Source of the DNA: Thermoanaerobaculia bacterium
GTDB lineage: Bacteria > Acidobacteriota > Thermoanaerobaculia > Multivoradales > Multivoraceae
Direction: 5' to 3'
Assembly (NCBI GenBank): GCA_963664405.1
Contig: OY761158.1
Coordinates: 672,001 to 736,000 of the forward strand
Length of the DNA stretch: 64,000 nucleotides
The stretch's first letter is position 1, and every line of letters begins with the position of its first letter. This document shows, piece after piece, positions 49,492-58,112 of this stretch. The notes under the pieces were generated by a model. That model made no database searches. It saw only the letters and a list, made by a program, of their open reading frames with translations, and was not told where the DNA came from. A program made the position numbers and the translations under genes.

Positions 49492-50091
49492 TCACCGAGT
49501 CCTGCGGGACCGTTGTCTGTCCGAGACGGCTACCTCGCTGAAGTGAACCCGTGGATCCTCGTCGCCGACGACATCCGCGTAGAAGGTTCGAACGTTGACG
49601 CCGTCGAGCGAGAAATGGATCGTACGTGCCGCCTTGATCAGATGATCGCGTTGGATCTCTTGTAGCGAGCTCCCCGCGAGTCGACGGGTTACTCGACCGA
49701 CGAGCTCCACCTTACCGGCCCTGTATCCGCCACAATCCTCATGCGCGATGCAGAGCACATCACGCACCCCGGTGAGCTCGACCGCCTTGGCGACCAGACG
49801 CCCCGCGGCCTTGGAAAGAAAACCGATCGCCGCGACCATGGAGTGCATGATCGCGACCCCGCCAGGTAGCGAAAGGACGTGCGGCTGCTCGTATCCGAGA
49901 CTGTGAACGAACTCTAGAGCCTGCCGCCGGAAGCGATGATCGGAGCACATCACCACCAGGCAGTCGGCCTCACCGCTCTCCATCGGGATGGTGCTGGTGA
50001 AGCCTGCCTCCGCTGAGAGTGCCCCGACCGCGGAATCGAGTGGCGCAGCGGCGGCCGGTGGCGTTGGAACCGCATCCATCGAATCACTCAT
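49492..50091 (-). CDS. Beta-carbonic anhydrase-like protein (soluble)
   Basis: CSDHR (CxDxR), PGG and HEDCGGY (HxxC) motifs. Confidence 0.75.
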   Translation of the reverse strand: MSDSMDAVPTPPAAAAPLDSAVGALSAEAGFTSTIPMESGEADCLVVMCSDHRFRRQALEFVHSLGYEQPHVLSLPGGVAIMHSMVAAIGFLSKAAGRLVAKAVELTGVRDVLCIAHEDCGGYRAGKVELVGRVTRRLAGSSLQEIQRDHLIKAARTIHFSLDGVNVRTFYADVVGDEDPRVHFSEVAVSDRQRSRRTR

Positions 50092-51766
50092 AGGTCTCTT
50101 CCGCGCCGGTCGCCTGGACCACCTCATCGTCCCGCTCCGTTAGCGCCCCGCCGACAAGACCGCTGAGATCGATTCCCGCCTTCTCGAGCAATTCGTCGAC
50201 ATCGATGCCCAAAGCGCCCAATTTTTGCAAGAAGCCGAAGGCGACTTCGGGCATCGAGCCGGCGAAGCGAGCGATCGGCGTCGAGGAGTCATTTCCGTTG
50301 CCACCCAGATCCACGATCCGTACCTCGTCGATCTTGGAGAGCCCCATACCAAGGTTCTCGAACACGGCTGCTGCGATCTTTTCGCCGGCCTCACCCGCGT
50401 GCTCGATAATGCCAGGCAGCAGCTCCAGGGTGATAACAGCTCTGGCACCGGCCGAGAGTGAAGCGAGTGCCGCATTCTTCTCCTCGAGGCCTTTAGCCTC
50501 TGCGTGGAGTAGAGCGAGCTTGGCGGCTCCCTCCGCCTCACCCTGGGCCTTGGTGCCCTCGGCCTGCGCCAGCAGCATTGCTCGCTGACCTTCAGCTTCA
50601 GCCTGCTTTTCACGCTCGAGCGCCGCGGCAGCCGCCTTGCGCCCCTCCGCCTCGGCCGTCAGCTTGGCCTGCTCACCCTGCCCTGCCTTCTCCGCAAGGA
50701 TCCGTCGGGCCTCTCCTTCCAACTGGGCCGCCTCCTGCTCCGCGTTGGCGCGAATGATCCGCGCTTCCTTTTCTCGCTCCGCGCTGACGATGACCGACGC
50801 TCTAAGCTCGGCATCTTTGCGCTCCCTCTCTTTCTCCTGGAGCCGGGTCCGCGCTTCGACCTCAGCCTCTTCCGCTGCGACTTCGGCCACCTTGTAGGCC
50901 TTGCTCTCCTGGGCGCGGGCCGTCTCTGCACGGACCTCGATGCGTGCCTGCTCCGCCTGCACACTGGCGTCGTTCTCGGCAATTCGCACGTCCCGCGCGC
51001 GATTCGCGTCGGAGATCGCCTGCTGCGCCACCGCCTGGGCCGTTTCTCCCTCTCGACGAGCATCCGCCGACCGAACTGAAGCATCGCGGTGAGCTTCTGC
51101 TTCGGCGATCTCGGCGTCCCGCTTCACCTCGGCGGTACGCTTCTTTCCGAGCGCATCGATATACCCCTCGTTGTCGGTGATCCTCTGCACCACGAAGTTG
51201 TCGAGCTGGAAACCGAGCTTGTTGAGCTCACCGCGGGCGACGTCGAGCACCTGCTGCGAGATCTTCTCCCGATCGGTCACGATGTCCTCAACCGTCAAGG
51301 TACCAACGATCTGGCGTAGCTGACCCTCGAGAGTGGTCTCACAGATCTGGTGCACCTGGTCCGTGCCCATCTCCAGTAAGCGCTCGACGGCAGCGGAGAG
51401 AAGCTCCGGGTCGCTGGACACCTTCATGTTCGCCAGGGCGTCGACCGTGACCAGAACACCGTCGACGTTGGGAGTCTCGGAGACACTGAACGGTACTTGG
51501 AATGTGTTCAGCACGATCCTCTGCACCCGTTCGAGAACGGGCATCACAAAGGTCGCGCCACCGATGATCAGGCGATAACCGCGCTCGATGCGCGACTTGT
51601 CCCCTGTCGTCGGGTCGATGATCTCGATCATGCGCTTGCGACCGTAGACGACAAGCACCTCGTTTGGAGCACACCTCTTGTAACGCCTCGAGAAGAGAGC
51701 CACCAAACTCACTACGGCAAGCGCCAATCCGACGATCACGACAGGAATCAATAATCCAGAAAACAT
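50084..51766 (-). CDS. Flotillin family SPFH protein
   Basis: N-terminal TM, YKRCAPNEVLVVYG, LEGQLRQIVGTLTVE, GYIDALG, and AEA-rich coiled coil. Confidence 0.93.
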   Translation of the reverse strand: MFSGLLIPVVIVGLALAVVSLVALFSRRYKRCAPNEVLVVYGRKRMIEIIDPTTGDKSRIERGYRLIIGGATFVMPVLERVQRIVLNTFQVPFSVSETPNVDGVLVTVDALANMKVSSDPELLSAAVERLLEMGTDQVHQICETTLEGQLRQIVGTLTVEDIVTDREKISQQVLDVARGELNKLGFQLDNFVVQRITDNEGYIDALGKKRTAEVKRDAEIAEAEAHRDASVRSADARREGETAQAVAQQAISDANRARDVRIAENDASVQAEQARIEVRAETARAQESKAYKVAEVAAEEAEVEARTRLQEKERERKDAELRASVIVSAEREKEARIIRANAEQEAAQLEGEARRILAEKAGQGEQAKLTAEAEGRKAAAAALEREKQAEAEGQRAMLLAQAEGTKAQGEAEGAAKLALLHAEAKGLEEKNAALASLSAGARAVITLELLPGIIEHAGEAGEKIAAAVFENLGMGLSKIDEVRIVDLGGNGNDSSTPIARFAGSMPEVAFGFLQKLGALGIDVDELLEKAGIDLSGLVGGALTERDDEVVQATGAEETYE

Positions 51767-51806
51767 GCTTCCTCCTCTCTCTACCCGTCGATCGCCGCGC
51801 TTCTCG

Positions 51807-52400
51807 CTAGACCTTCGAAACGACGACCCTGCCGCCGATGTATAGGTCTACCTTGACGCGTGCTCCGCTGGGTATGGCTTCATCGAGCTCCGATGTCGCC
51901 ATCTTGTTCATCTGAGTGCCGGAAACGCTCAACATGACTTCTCCCAGTCTTCCCGGCAGGATTGAAGTCGTTACGACACCCGAAGCACCGACGATCTCCG
52001 CCGGCGTCACCATCGAGCTGGCCTGCTGCTTCAAGAAGATACGGAACATCGCCAAACAGGCAAAGGCGAAGATCCCACCAGACATCGCACCGGCGACCGA
52101 CGAGAATAGAACTTTCCCGTAGAGATGCTGCACGATATAGGCCACACCACCGAAGCCGACCATCATCAGCGAGGCCCCACGGATCGAGAGCATTCCCGGA
52201 CCGTGAGCGTCTCCCGCTCCGTGGGCTCCGCCATGATCAGCGTCATAATCGAAGTCACCCTCGTCGGCATCGAAATCACTGTCCGCATCTCCCCCGAAAA
52301 TCAGGGAGAAGAGCGTGAAGACCATGCCGGCGAGAAAAATGGAGAAGAAGGTAATCTGAGCGAGAGATCCTTCAAACAAGGACAACACGAACTTGGCCAT
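51807..52400 (-). CDS. Short NfeD (YuaF/YqiJ-like) protein
   Basis: TM helices, Asp/His-rich loop and C-terminal OB-fold (IVGASGVV...GEV...IPSGARVKV); directly upstream of flotillin. Confidence 0.85.
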   Translation of the reverse strand: MAKFVLSLFEGSLAQITFFSIFLAGMVFTLFSLIFGGDADSDFDADEGDFDYDADHGGAHGAGDAHGPGMLSIRGASLMMVGFGGVAYIVQHLYGKVLFSSVAGAMSGGIFAFACLAMFRIFLKQQASSMVTPAEIVGASGVVTTSILPGRLGEVMLSVSGTQMNKMATSELDEAIPSGARVKVDLYIGGRVVVSKV

Positions 52401-52403
52401 CCC

Positions 52404-53081
52404 TTAGTTCCTTTCCATTCTTGTATTCCTCAGCGTTCTCTCTTCGCTCTCGAAGCGGTGAAACTCTACTCGACTGCCCAGCTTCTCGGCGTAGTAGAGC
52501 TCGACCTCGGTAGTGGGGAACCACTCGAGGAGAGCGTTCCGAGCCGCAAAGATCTGATCTTCTTGCAGCACCCTGATCCGCTCGGGATTATCCATCCAAG
52601 CGCCGACGGTGTCGTAGATCAGGCATTCCGAGTGCCCGACTAGTACTACGCGCGACGGCGAAAATTGTTCGAGTGCCCTTCTAAGAGCTCGTTGCGGAGC
52701 CTGCAGCACCGTAGGCAGCTCGACGTCGGCCAGGGCGAGCACCATCGGGCCCCCGGGAACGGGCAACGGCTCGGTCGAGATATCGAGCTCTTTCGCAAAC
52801 TTCTGAAACGCCTCCTGGAAGAGCTCCTCGTTGCAGTAGACGATCAAGTCCGCGCCTTCGCGCTCCCTGATCTCCACGGCAAACACGCCTTCGCTCCCCC
52901 CATCGTCGACAACGACAGTTCGCACTTCCTTGGTAGTTTCCTCCAAGTACCAGACGGCGTAGAGAATGAGTCCACAGACGACCGCAACGACCAAGAAGGT
53001 AAGGGGAACTCGAAGCCTCTGTGGAATCGTCAGCGCAAGAACTCCATTCGCGGCGCCGGCCTGAAACTCATCGAAGGCCAC
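52404..53081 (-). CDS. Membrane-anchored degenerate beta-carbonic anhydrase-like protein
   Basis: N-terminal TM; CNEEL, VPGG and GHSECLIY align with the 49492 protein. Confidence 0.6.
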   Translation of the reverse strand: MAFDEFQAGAANGVLALTIPQRLRVPLTFLVVAVVCGLILYAVWYLEETTKEVRTVVVDDGGSEGVFAVEIREREGADLIVYCNEELFQEAFQKFAKELDISTEPLPVPGGPMVLALADVELPTVLQAPQRALRRALEQFSPSRVVLVGHSECLIYDTVGAWMDNPERIRVLQEDQIFAARNALLEWFPTTEVELYYAEKLGSRVEFHRFESEERTLRNTRMERN

Positions 53082-53159
53082 AGGATTGTACTCCTTCGAG
53101 ATCTACAGACCCTGGGGTCGGCCAGGTTGACAGGCACCGGCGTGCTAGCGTCCGCTACG

Positions 53160-55046
53160 ATGATTCCGTACCGCTGGGTTGGCCTGGTTGCGCTCGTCGG
53201 CTGCTCTGGGCCGGGCACAAGCGAACGCGGGCCCGTCCGGGAAATGGGTTCCGCAGCGCCGGTGAATCAGGGACCCGTCTCGGCCGCCGCCGAGGCACTA
53301 GAGGTAACGGTGCCGAAATACCCGCTCGGCAATGCCTACTTTGGCGACCTACATGTCCACACCGCCTACTCGCTGGACAGCTATATCTTCGGCAATCGCC
53401 TCCTGCCGCGGGACGCCTACAGATTCGCCCGAGGCGAAGCCCTGGTACTGCGCGGCGGTGTGCGGCAGCAGCTCCGGGCCCCCCTCGACTTCGCCGCGGT
53501 CACCGACCATGCAGAGCTTTTCGGGGTCTACGCGGTCTGCGACGACAAAGGGCATCCGGCGTACTCGCATCCGATGTGCACGGGCATTCGCGACGGCGAC
53601 ATGGCCGTCTTCCGAGAGGGCTTCCACAACCTGAGTCAGCGACCGCCGCTGCCCTTCCGAGTCTGCGAAGACGGCGTCGACTGCCGCTCCGAAGCCGTCG
53701 GTCCCTGGCGAGAGCTGCAGCGGATCGCCCAGGAGTTCAACCAGCCTGGCACCTTCACGAGCCTCATCGGCTACGAGTACACGCCGAGCCTCGCTGACGG
53801 GGGAATGCTTCATCGCAACGTGATCTTCCGTGGCACGGCGGTCACCCAGGAGGCGCTCTCGTATTACGACCTCGCTACCAAGGCCGATCTCTGGCGGTGG
53901 TTGGAGGAAGCCTGCACCGGAGAGTGCGAGGTGCTCGCCATTCCCCACAACACCAACTACACCTGGGGCCTCGGCTTTGCCGAGACCAACGTCGACGGAC
54001 AGCCCTACAGCCAGGAAGACTGGCGGCGTCGAGCACAGACAGAGCCTCTGGTCGAGCTCATCCAGCACAAGGGCAGCTCCGAGTGCGCGCTGAGCCTGGG
54101 GTCCAGTGACGAGGAGTGCGCCTTCGAGCAGATGTTCCCTGCCTGCGACGAGGGTCAAGAGACGCGCTGTGCCCGCCACGGCTCGTTCGTCCGCGACGCA
54201 CTGAAGAGAGGCCTCGAGCTGGAAGTCGAGCTCGGCCTGAACCCGTTCAAGCTCGGCTTCATCGGCTCTACCGACACCCACAACGCCATTGCCGGTTCCA
54301 CCGATGAAGCGCGATTCGAAGGTCATAGCGCCGACAACGACAACACTCCATCGAGGCGACGAGGCAGCAGCATCGCAAGTCCGCGCTACCGCTTCAATCC
54401 GGGAGGGTTGGCGGGGGTCTGGGCGGAGTCGAACACGCGAGAAGCCATCTTCGACGCGCTGCGGCGGAGAGAGACCTTCGCCACAAGTGGCCCTCGAATC
54501 GCGGTCCGCTTCTTCGGCGGCACCGAGCTCGAGGCAGACCTCGCGGATCGCCGTGACTCGATCGAGCAAGCCCATGCAGTCGGCGTCCCGATGGGAGGTG
54601 ACATCCGCTCGGCGACGACTGGCAGTGCACTACGCTTCCTGGTCTGGGCGGTCAAGGACCCCGCGGGAGCTCGCCTGCAACGAGTTCAGGTGGTAAAGGG
54701 CTGGGTGGCCAACGGAGAGATGCAGGAGGCCGTGATCGACGTCGCCTGTTCTGACGGGCTCCAGCCCGACCCCACCACCCGACGCTGTCCGGACAATGGG
54801 GCCGACGTCGATCTGAGTGACTGCAGCCTATCGACCACTGGCGGTGACAGCGAGCTCAGCGTAGTGTGGACCGATCCGGACTTCGACCCTTCGCAGCGGG
54901 CCTTCTATTACGCCCGAGTGCTCGAGAACCCCTCCTGCCGTTGGACTACCTGGGAGTCCTTGAGCACGGGAGTCGATCCTCCTGGCGATGTCGCTGCGAT
55001 CATTCAGGAACGGGCCTGGTCCTCCCCGATCTGGTACACGCCTTGA
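53160..55046 (+). CDS. DUF3604 family (PHP-like metallohydrolase) lipoprotein
   Basis: FGDLHVHTAYSLD, AVTDHAE, LHRNVIF, IPHN, GSTDTH, YYARVLENP and QERAWSSPIWY motifs. Confidence 0.9.
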   Translation: MIPYRWVGLVALVGCSGPGTSERGPVREMGSAAPVNQGPVSAAAEALEVTVPKYPLGNAYFGDLHVHTAYSLDSYIFGNRLLPRDAYRFARGEALVLRGGVRQQLRAPLDFAAVTDHAELFGVYAVCDDKGHPAYSHPMCTGIRDGDMAVFREGFHNLSQRPPLPFRVCEDGVDCRSEAVGPWRELQRIAQEFNQPGTFTSLIGYEYTPSLADGGMLHRNVIFRGTAVTQEALSYYDLATKADLWRWLEEACTGECEVLAIPHNTNYTWGLGFAETNVDGQPYSQEDWRRRAQTEPLVELIQHKGSSECALSLGSSDEECAFEQMFPACDEGQETRCARHGSFVRDALKRGLELEVELGLNPFKLGFIGSTDTHNAIAGSTDEARFEGHSADNDNTPSRRRGSSIASPRYRFNPGGLAGVWAESNTREAIFDALRRRETFATSGPRIAVRFFGGTELEADLADRRDSIEQAHAVGVPMGGDIRSATTGSALRFLVWAVKDPAGARLQRVQVVKGWVANGEMQEAVIDVACSDGLQPDPTTRRCPDNGADVDLSDCSLSTTGGDSELSVVWTDPDFDPSQRAFYYARVLENPSCRWTTWESLSTGVDPPGDVAAIIQERAWSSPIWYTP

Positions 55047-55094
55047 TCTCCGGCCCTCGCTGACAATGGCTCAGTCAAGAGGAGAATCGAGCCA

Positions 55095-56750
55095 ATGAGA
55101 ACATCAACAGCTATCTGCCGACTCGGACTCGCCTTCGGCGCCCTGCTGGCACCGGCACCCCAAACTCTGGCGAGTGAGCCAATCTTCCCTTTCGAGGTCC
55201 GCGAGGTCTCGATCCCGATGGCCGACGGCGAACGGCTGTTTGGGAATCTCTACCTTTCGGGAGAGGGGCAACATCCGGCGATCGTCACCATCACTCAGTC
55301 TGCGGCAAAGAGCTGGTATAGATCCCATCTTCCCCGAGCTTCCTTCGCCCGCTCCGGCGATTACGCGGTCCTCTTCGTCAACACCCGCGGCAGGGGGGCC
55401 TCCAGAAACCTCAAGCGCAGAGGAGGCCGAAACCCCTTCGGCCAAGACGGCTACGACGTCATCGAATGGGTGGCGAGCCAGCCCTGGAACAACGGCAAGG
55501 TCGGTATGTGGGGAGGATCCAACGAGGGCAAGAATCAGTACGCGACAGCTCAGGCCCAGCCGCCCCACCTGGTCTGCATCATGCCGGCCATGACGACAAC
55601 CAACACCAAAGAGAAAGGCGACCTCTCCCGAAGCTACGAGCAGCTCTATCGGGGAGGAGTGCTACGTCACGAGCTCATCGATCGCCTTCCCTCTGAGAGC
55701 CCAGAGGTTCAGCAGGTTCTGGCCCACCCCCTCTATGACCCCTCGTTCTGGGAGCGAAGAGAGCCTGACGCCCCGACGGTCGCCGACATCGAGGTTCCGG
55801 TGATGGCCATCGGCGGGTGGTTCGACAACGACGTAAACCGTGCCAGCCTCAGAACATTCGAGTCTCTCTTGAGTGCGGCGAGCAATGAGCTGCGCCCTCA
55901 GCATCGATTGCTGATCGGCCCCTGGACACACACCGGCATGTACATTGACGGCCTCCACGGCCAGCTCTCCTACGACAACACCGCAGAGCTGTACCAGCAG
56001 CGCGAGAAGCAGTTCTTCGATCATTGGCTCCGCTCGATCGACAACGGCGAGCCCGAGACCCCCGCCATCACCTACTACGAGATGGGCGCCAACCGCTGGC
56101 AGACCACCCAGGACTGGCCACCCGGCGGCATGCGCGAAGTCTCGTTCTTCCTACACCCGGATCGATCGCTATCGGCCGCGCCAACCGCCGCCGATGCCGC
56201 CCCGCTGGCCTTTACCAGTGATCCTGACAACCCAGTTCCCACCGTGGGAGGCCAGAACAAGACAAGAGTCGCAGAGAAGGGGTCTTGGGACCAGCGAGAA
56301 AAGGTAGAGGGTCATCCCGATGTCCTCACCTTCTCCACCGCCCCCCTCGAGCGCGATCTGGCGATCGCCGGCGACCTCACCCTCCGTATCCATCTCTCTT
56401 CCGATGCGGAAGACACCGACATCGCCTTTCGACTCACCGATGTCCATCCCGATGGTCGCTCCATGCTTCTCCGCGATGGCATTCTCCGCCTCAGCCTGCG
56501 AAATTCCTTCGAGCGCTACGAGTTTCTGACCCCGGGCGAGATCTATAAGGCAACTGTAGAGACTATTCCCGTCGCCCACACTTTCAAGTCGGGACACAGG
56601 GTGCGCCTGGTCCTCTCGGGAAGCAACTATCCTCGCTGGGAAGTGAGCGGAAATACCCGAGACAAGAACGCCGCCCCAAAGGTAGCCACCAACACCCTCC
56701 ATCTCACTCCCGAGCACCCGACGCACCTGATACTGCCGGTAGTGGAGTGA
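55095..56750 (+). CDS. CocE/NonD family hydrolase (peptidase S15-like)
   Basis: IPMADG, RGRGAS, DGYDVIEW..QPWNNGKVGMWGGS, GGWFD, GPWTH and SNYPR motifs. Confidence 0.9.
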   Translation: MRTSTAICRLGLAFGALLAPAPQTLASEPIFPFEVREVSIPMADGERLFGNLYLSGEGQHPAIVTITQSAAKSWYRSHLPRASFARSGDYAVLFVNTRGRGASRNLKRRGGRNPFGQDGYDVIEWVASQPWNNGKVGMWGGSNEGKNQYATAQAQPPHLVCIMPAMTTTNTKEKGDLSRSYEQLYRGGVLRHELIDRLPSESPEVQQVLAHPLYDPSFWERREPDAPTVADIEVPVMAIGGWFDNDVNRASLRTFESLLSAASNELRPQHRLLIGPWTHTGMYIDGLHGQLSYDNTAELYQQREKQFFDHWLRSIDNGEPETPAITYYEMGANRWQTTQDWPPGGMREVSFFLHPDRSLSAAPTAADAAPLAFTSDPDNPVPTVGGQNKTRVAEKGSWDQREKVEGHPDVLTFSTAPLERDLAIAGDLTLRIHLSSDAEDTDIAFRLTDVHPDGRSMLLRDGILRLSLRNSFERYEFLTPGEIYKATVETIPVAHTFKSGHRVRLVLSGSNYPRWEVSGNTRDKNAAPKVATNTLHLTPEHPTHLILPVVE

Positions 56751-56777
56751 TGGAACAAAGTCGAGACAAAAGCCGTA

Positions 56778-56943
56778 CTAGTGTTGTGTCTCCGACATGG
56801 CTTGCCAAGAGCTCGAGGTCATTTTGTTCGCTGTCAAGGAGCGACGAGGCAGGCATATTGGGAATATGTCGACGAGTCGTGACGACGGCAGCGGGCAAAA
56901 GGGGCCGAGATATTGGTAAGCCATGTCGGAGACACGGCACTAG
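56778..56943 (+). mobile_element. MITE-like structured element, 166 bp, with terminal stem type B
   Basis: 31-bp terminal stem with three G:T pairs; differs from the reverse complement of 49308-49472 by two substitutions and one indel. Confidence 0.85.
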
Positions 56944-56998
56944 GTATCTCCAATAGCTCACATTCGTGACGTATGAATCAAGTTTTTCTCGAAGCGAA

Positions 56999-57134
56999 CT
57001 CGTGCCGGCCGTTCAGGGTGCCCCAGATCGCCGCAGCGCAGGAGCGAGGCGACGTAGGCGTACTTTGGCGTACGTCGGAGGAGCCGAGCGACGAGCACGC
57101 GGTGAGGTGGGGTGCCCTGGACGGCCGGCGCTAG
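56999..57134 (+). repeat. Structured hairpin element with terminal stem type C, related central motif
   Basis: GTGCCGGCCGTTCAGGGTGCCCCA pairs with TGGGGTGCCCTGGACGGCCGGCGC using only Watson-Crick and G:T pairs; ends are CTCG and CTAG. Confidence 0.7.
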
Positions 57135-57215
57135 GAGGCAGTCCGCCGGGTAATAGCCGGGGCAGAGGGCCCGGATCGGGCAAACAGACTCAGAAGGGCG
57201 AGAGGGGACGCTTCG

Positions 57216-58112
57216 ATGGAACTGCGTATCGAAAACTTGTCGAAGACCTATCCAAACGGGGCCCAGGCTCTTCGCGACGTGAGTCTGTCGATCCCCACCG
57301 GGATGTTTGGACTCCTCGGCCCCAACGGAGCCGGGAAGTCCACTCTGATGCGCATCCTCGCCACCTTGCAAGACCCCGACACCGGCAGCGTCCACTTCGG
57401 AAACACCGACGTGCTGCGAGACAAGAAAGCCCTCCGCCGCACCCTCGGCTACCTTCCTCAGGAGTTCGGCCTCTACCCGAAGGTGTCCGCACTCCGATTG
57501 CTCGACCACTTTGCGGTGCTCGAGGGCATGCTCGATCGCAGGGAGCGCAAGGCAGTCGTCGATGCGCTGCTCCAGCAGACCAACCTCTGGCAAGCGCGAA
57601 AGGTAAAGGTCGGCGAGTACTCGGGCGGCATGCGACAACGCTTTGGCATTGCCGTGGCGCTGCTCGGCGACCCCAAGCTGATCATCGTCGACGAACCGAC
57701 CGCCGGCCTCGACCCCGAAGAGCGAGTGCGCTTCTTGAATCTCTTGGCCGAGATCGGTCGCGATAGCGTCGTCATTCTCTCGACTCACATCGTCGACGAC
57801 GTTGCCGAGCTCTGCAGCCGAATGGCCATCATCGACCAGGGTCGAATCATGCTCGAAACAGAACCGCTGGCCGCCGTCGCCAACCTCCGAGGCAAGGTCT
57901 GGCGACGGCTGATCGAGAGCGACCAGATGGAGAGCTACCGCGAGAAGTTTCATGTTCTCTCGAATCGACTGAGCCTGGGACGTAATGCGGTCCGCGTGCT
58001 CCACGAAGGCCTACCTGGCGAGGGCTTCGAGGAAGTAGAGCCCGATCTCGAGGACGTGTATTTCGCCACTCTGCGGCCGGTTATGCCCGCGACGGAGCCA
58101 GCGCAGGCGTGA
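57216..58112 (+). CDS. ABC transporter ATP-binding protein
   Basis: GPNGAGKS, YSGGMRQR, IVDEPTAGLD and STH motifs. Confidence 0.96.
   Translation: MELRIENLSKTYPNGAQALRDVSLSIPTGMFGLLGPNGAGKSTLMRILATLQDPDTGSVHFGNTDVLRDKKALRRTLGYLPQEFGLYPKVSALRLLDHFAVLEGMLDRRERKAVVDALLQQTNLWQARKVKVGEYSGGMRQRFGIAVALLGDPKLIIVDEPTAGLDPEERVRFLNLLAEIGRDSVVILSTHIVDDVAELCSRMAIIDQGRIMLETEPLAAVANLRGKVWRRLIESDQMESYREKFHVLSNRLSLGRNAVRVLHEGLPGEGFEEVEPDLEDVYFATLRPVMPATEPAQA

Noticed and set aside
56999-57134. Hairpin as tRNA, SRP RNA or known riboswitch
   Set aside because: No cloverleaf, T-loop or CCA, no SRP tetraloop/internal-loop consensus and no riboswitch consensus recognised; an Rfam search is needed to be sure.
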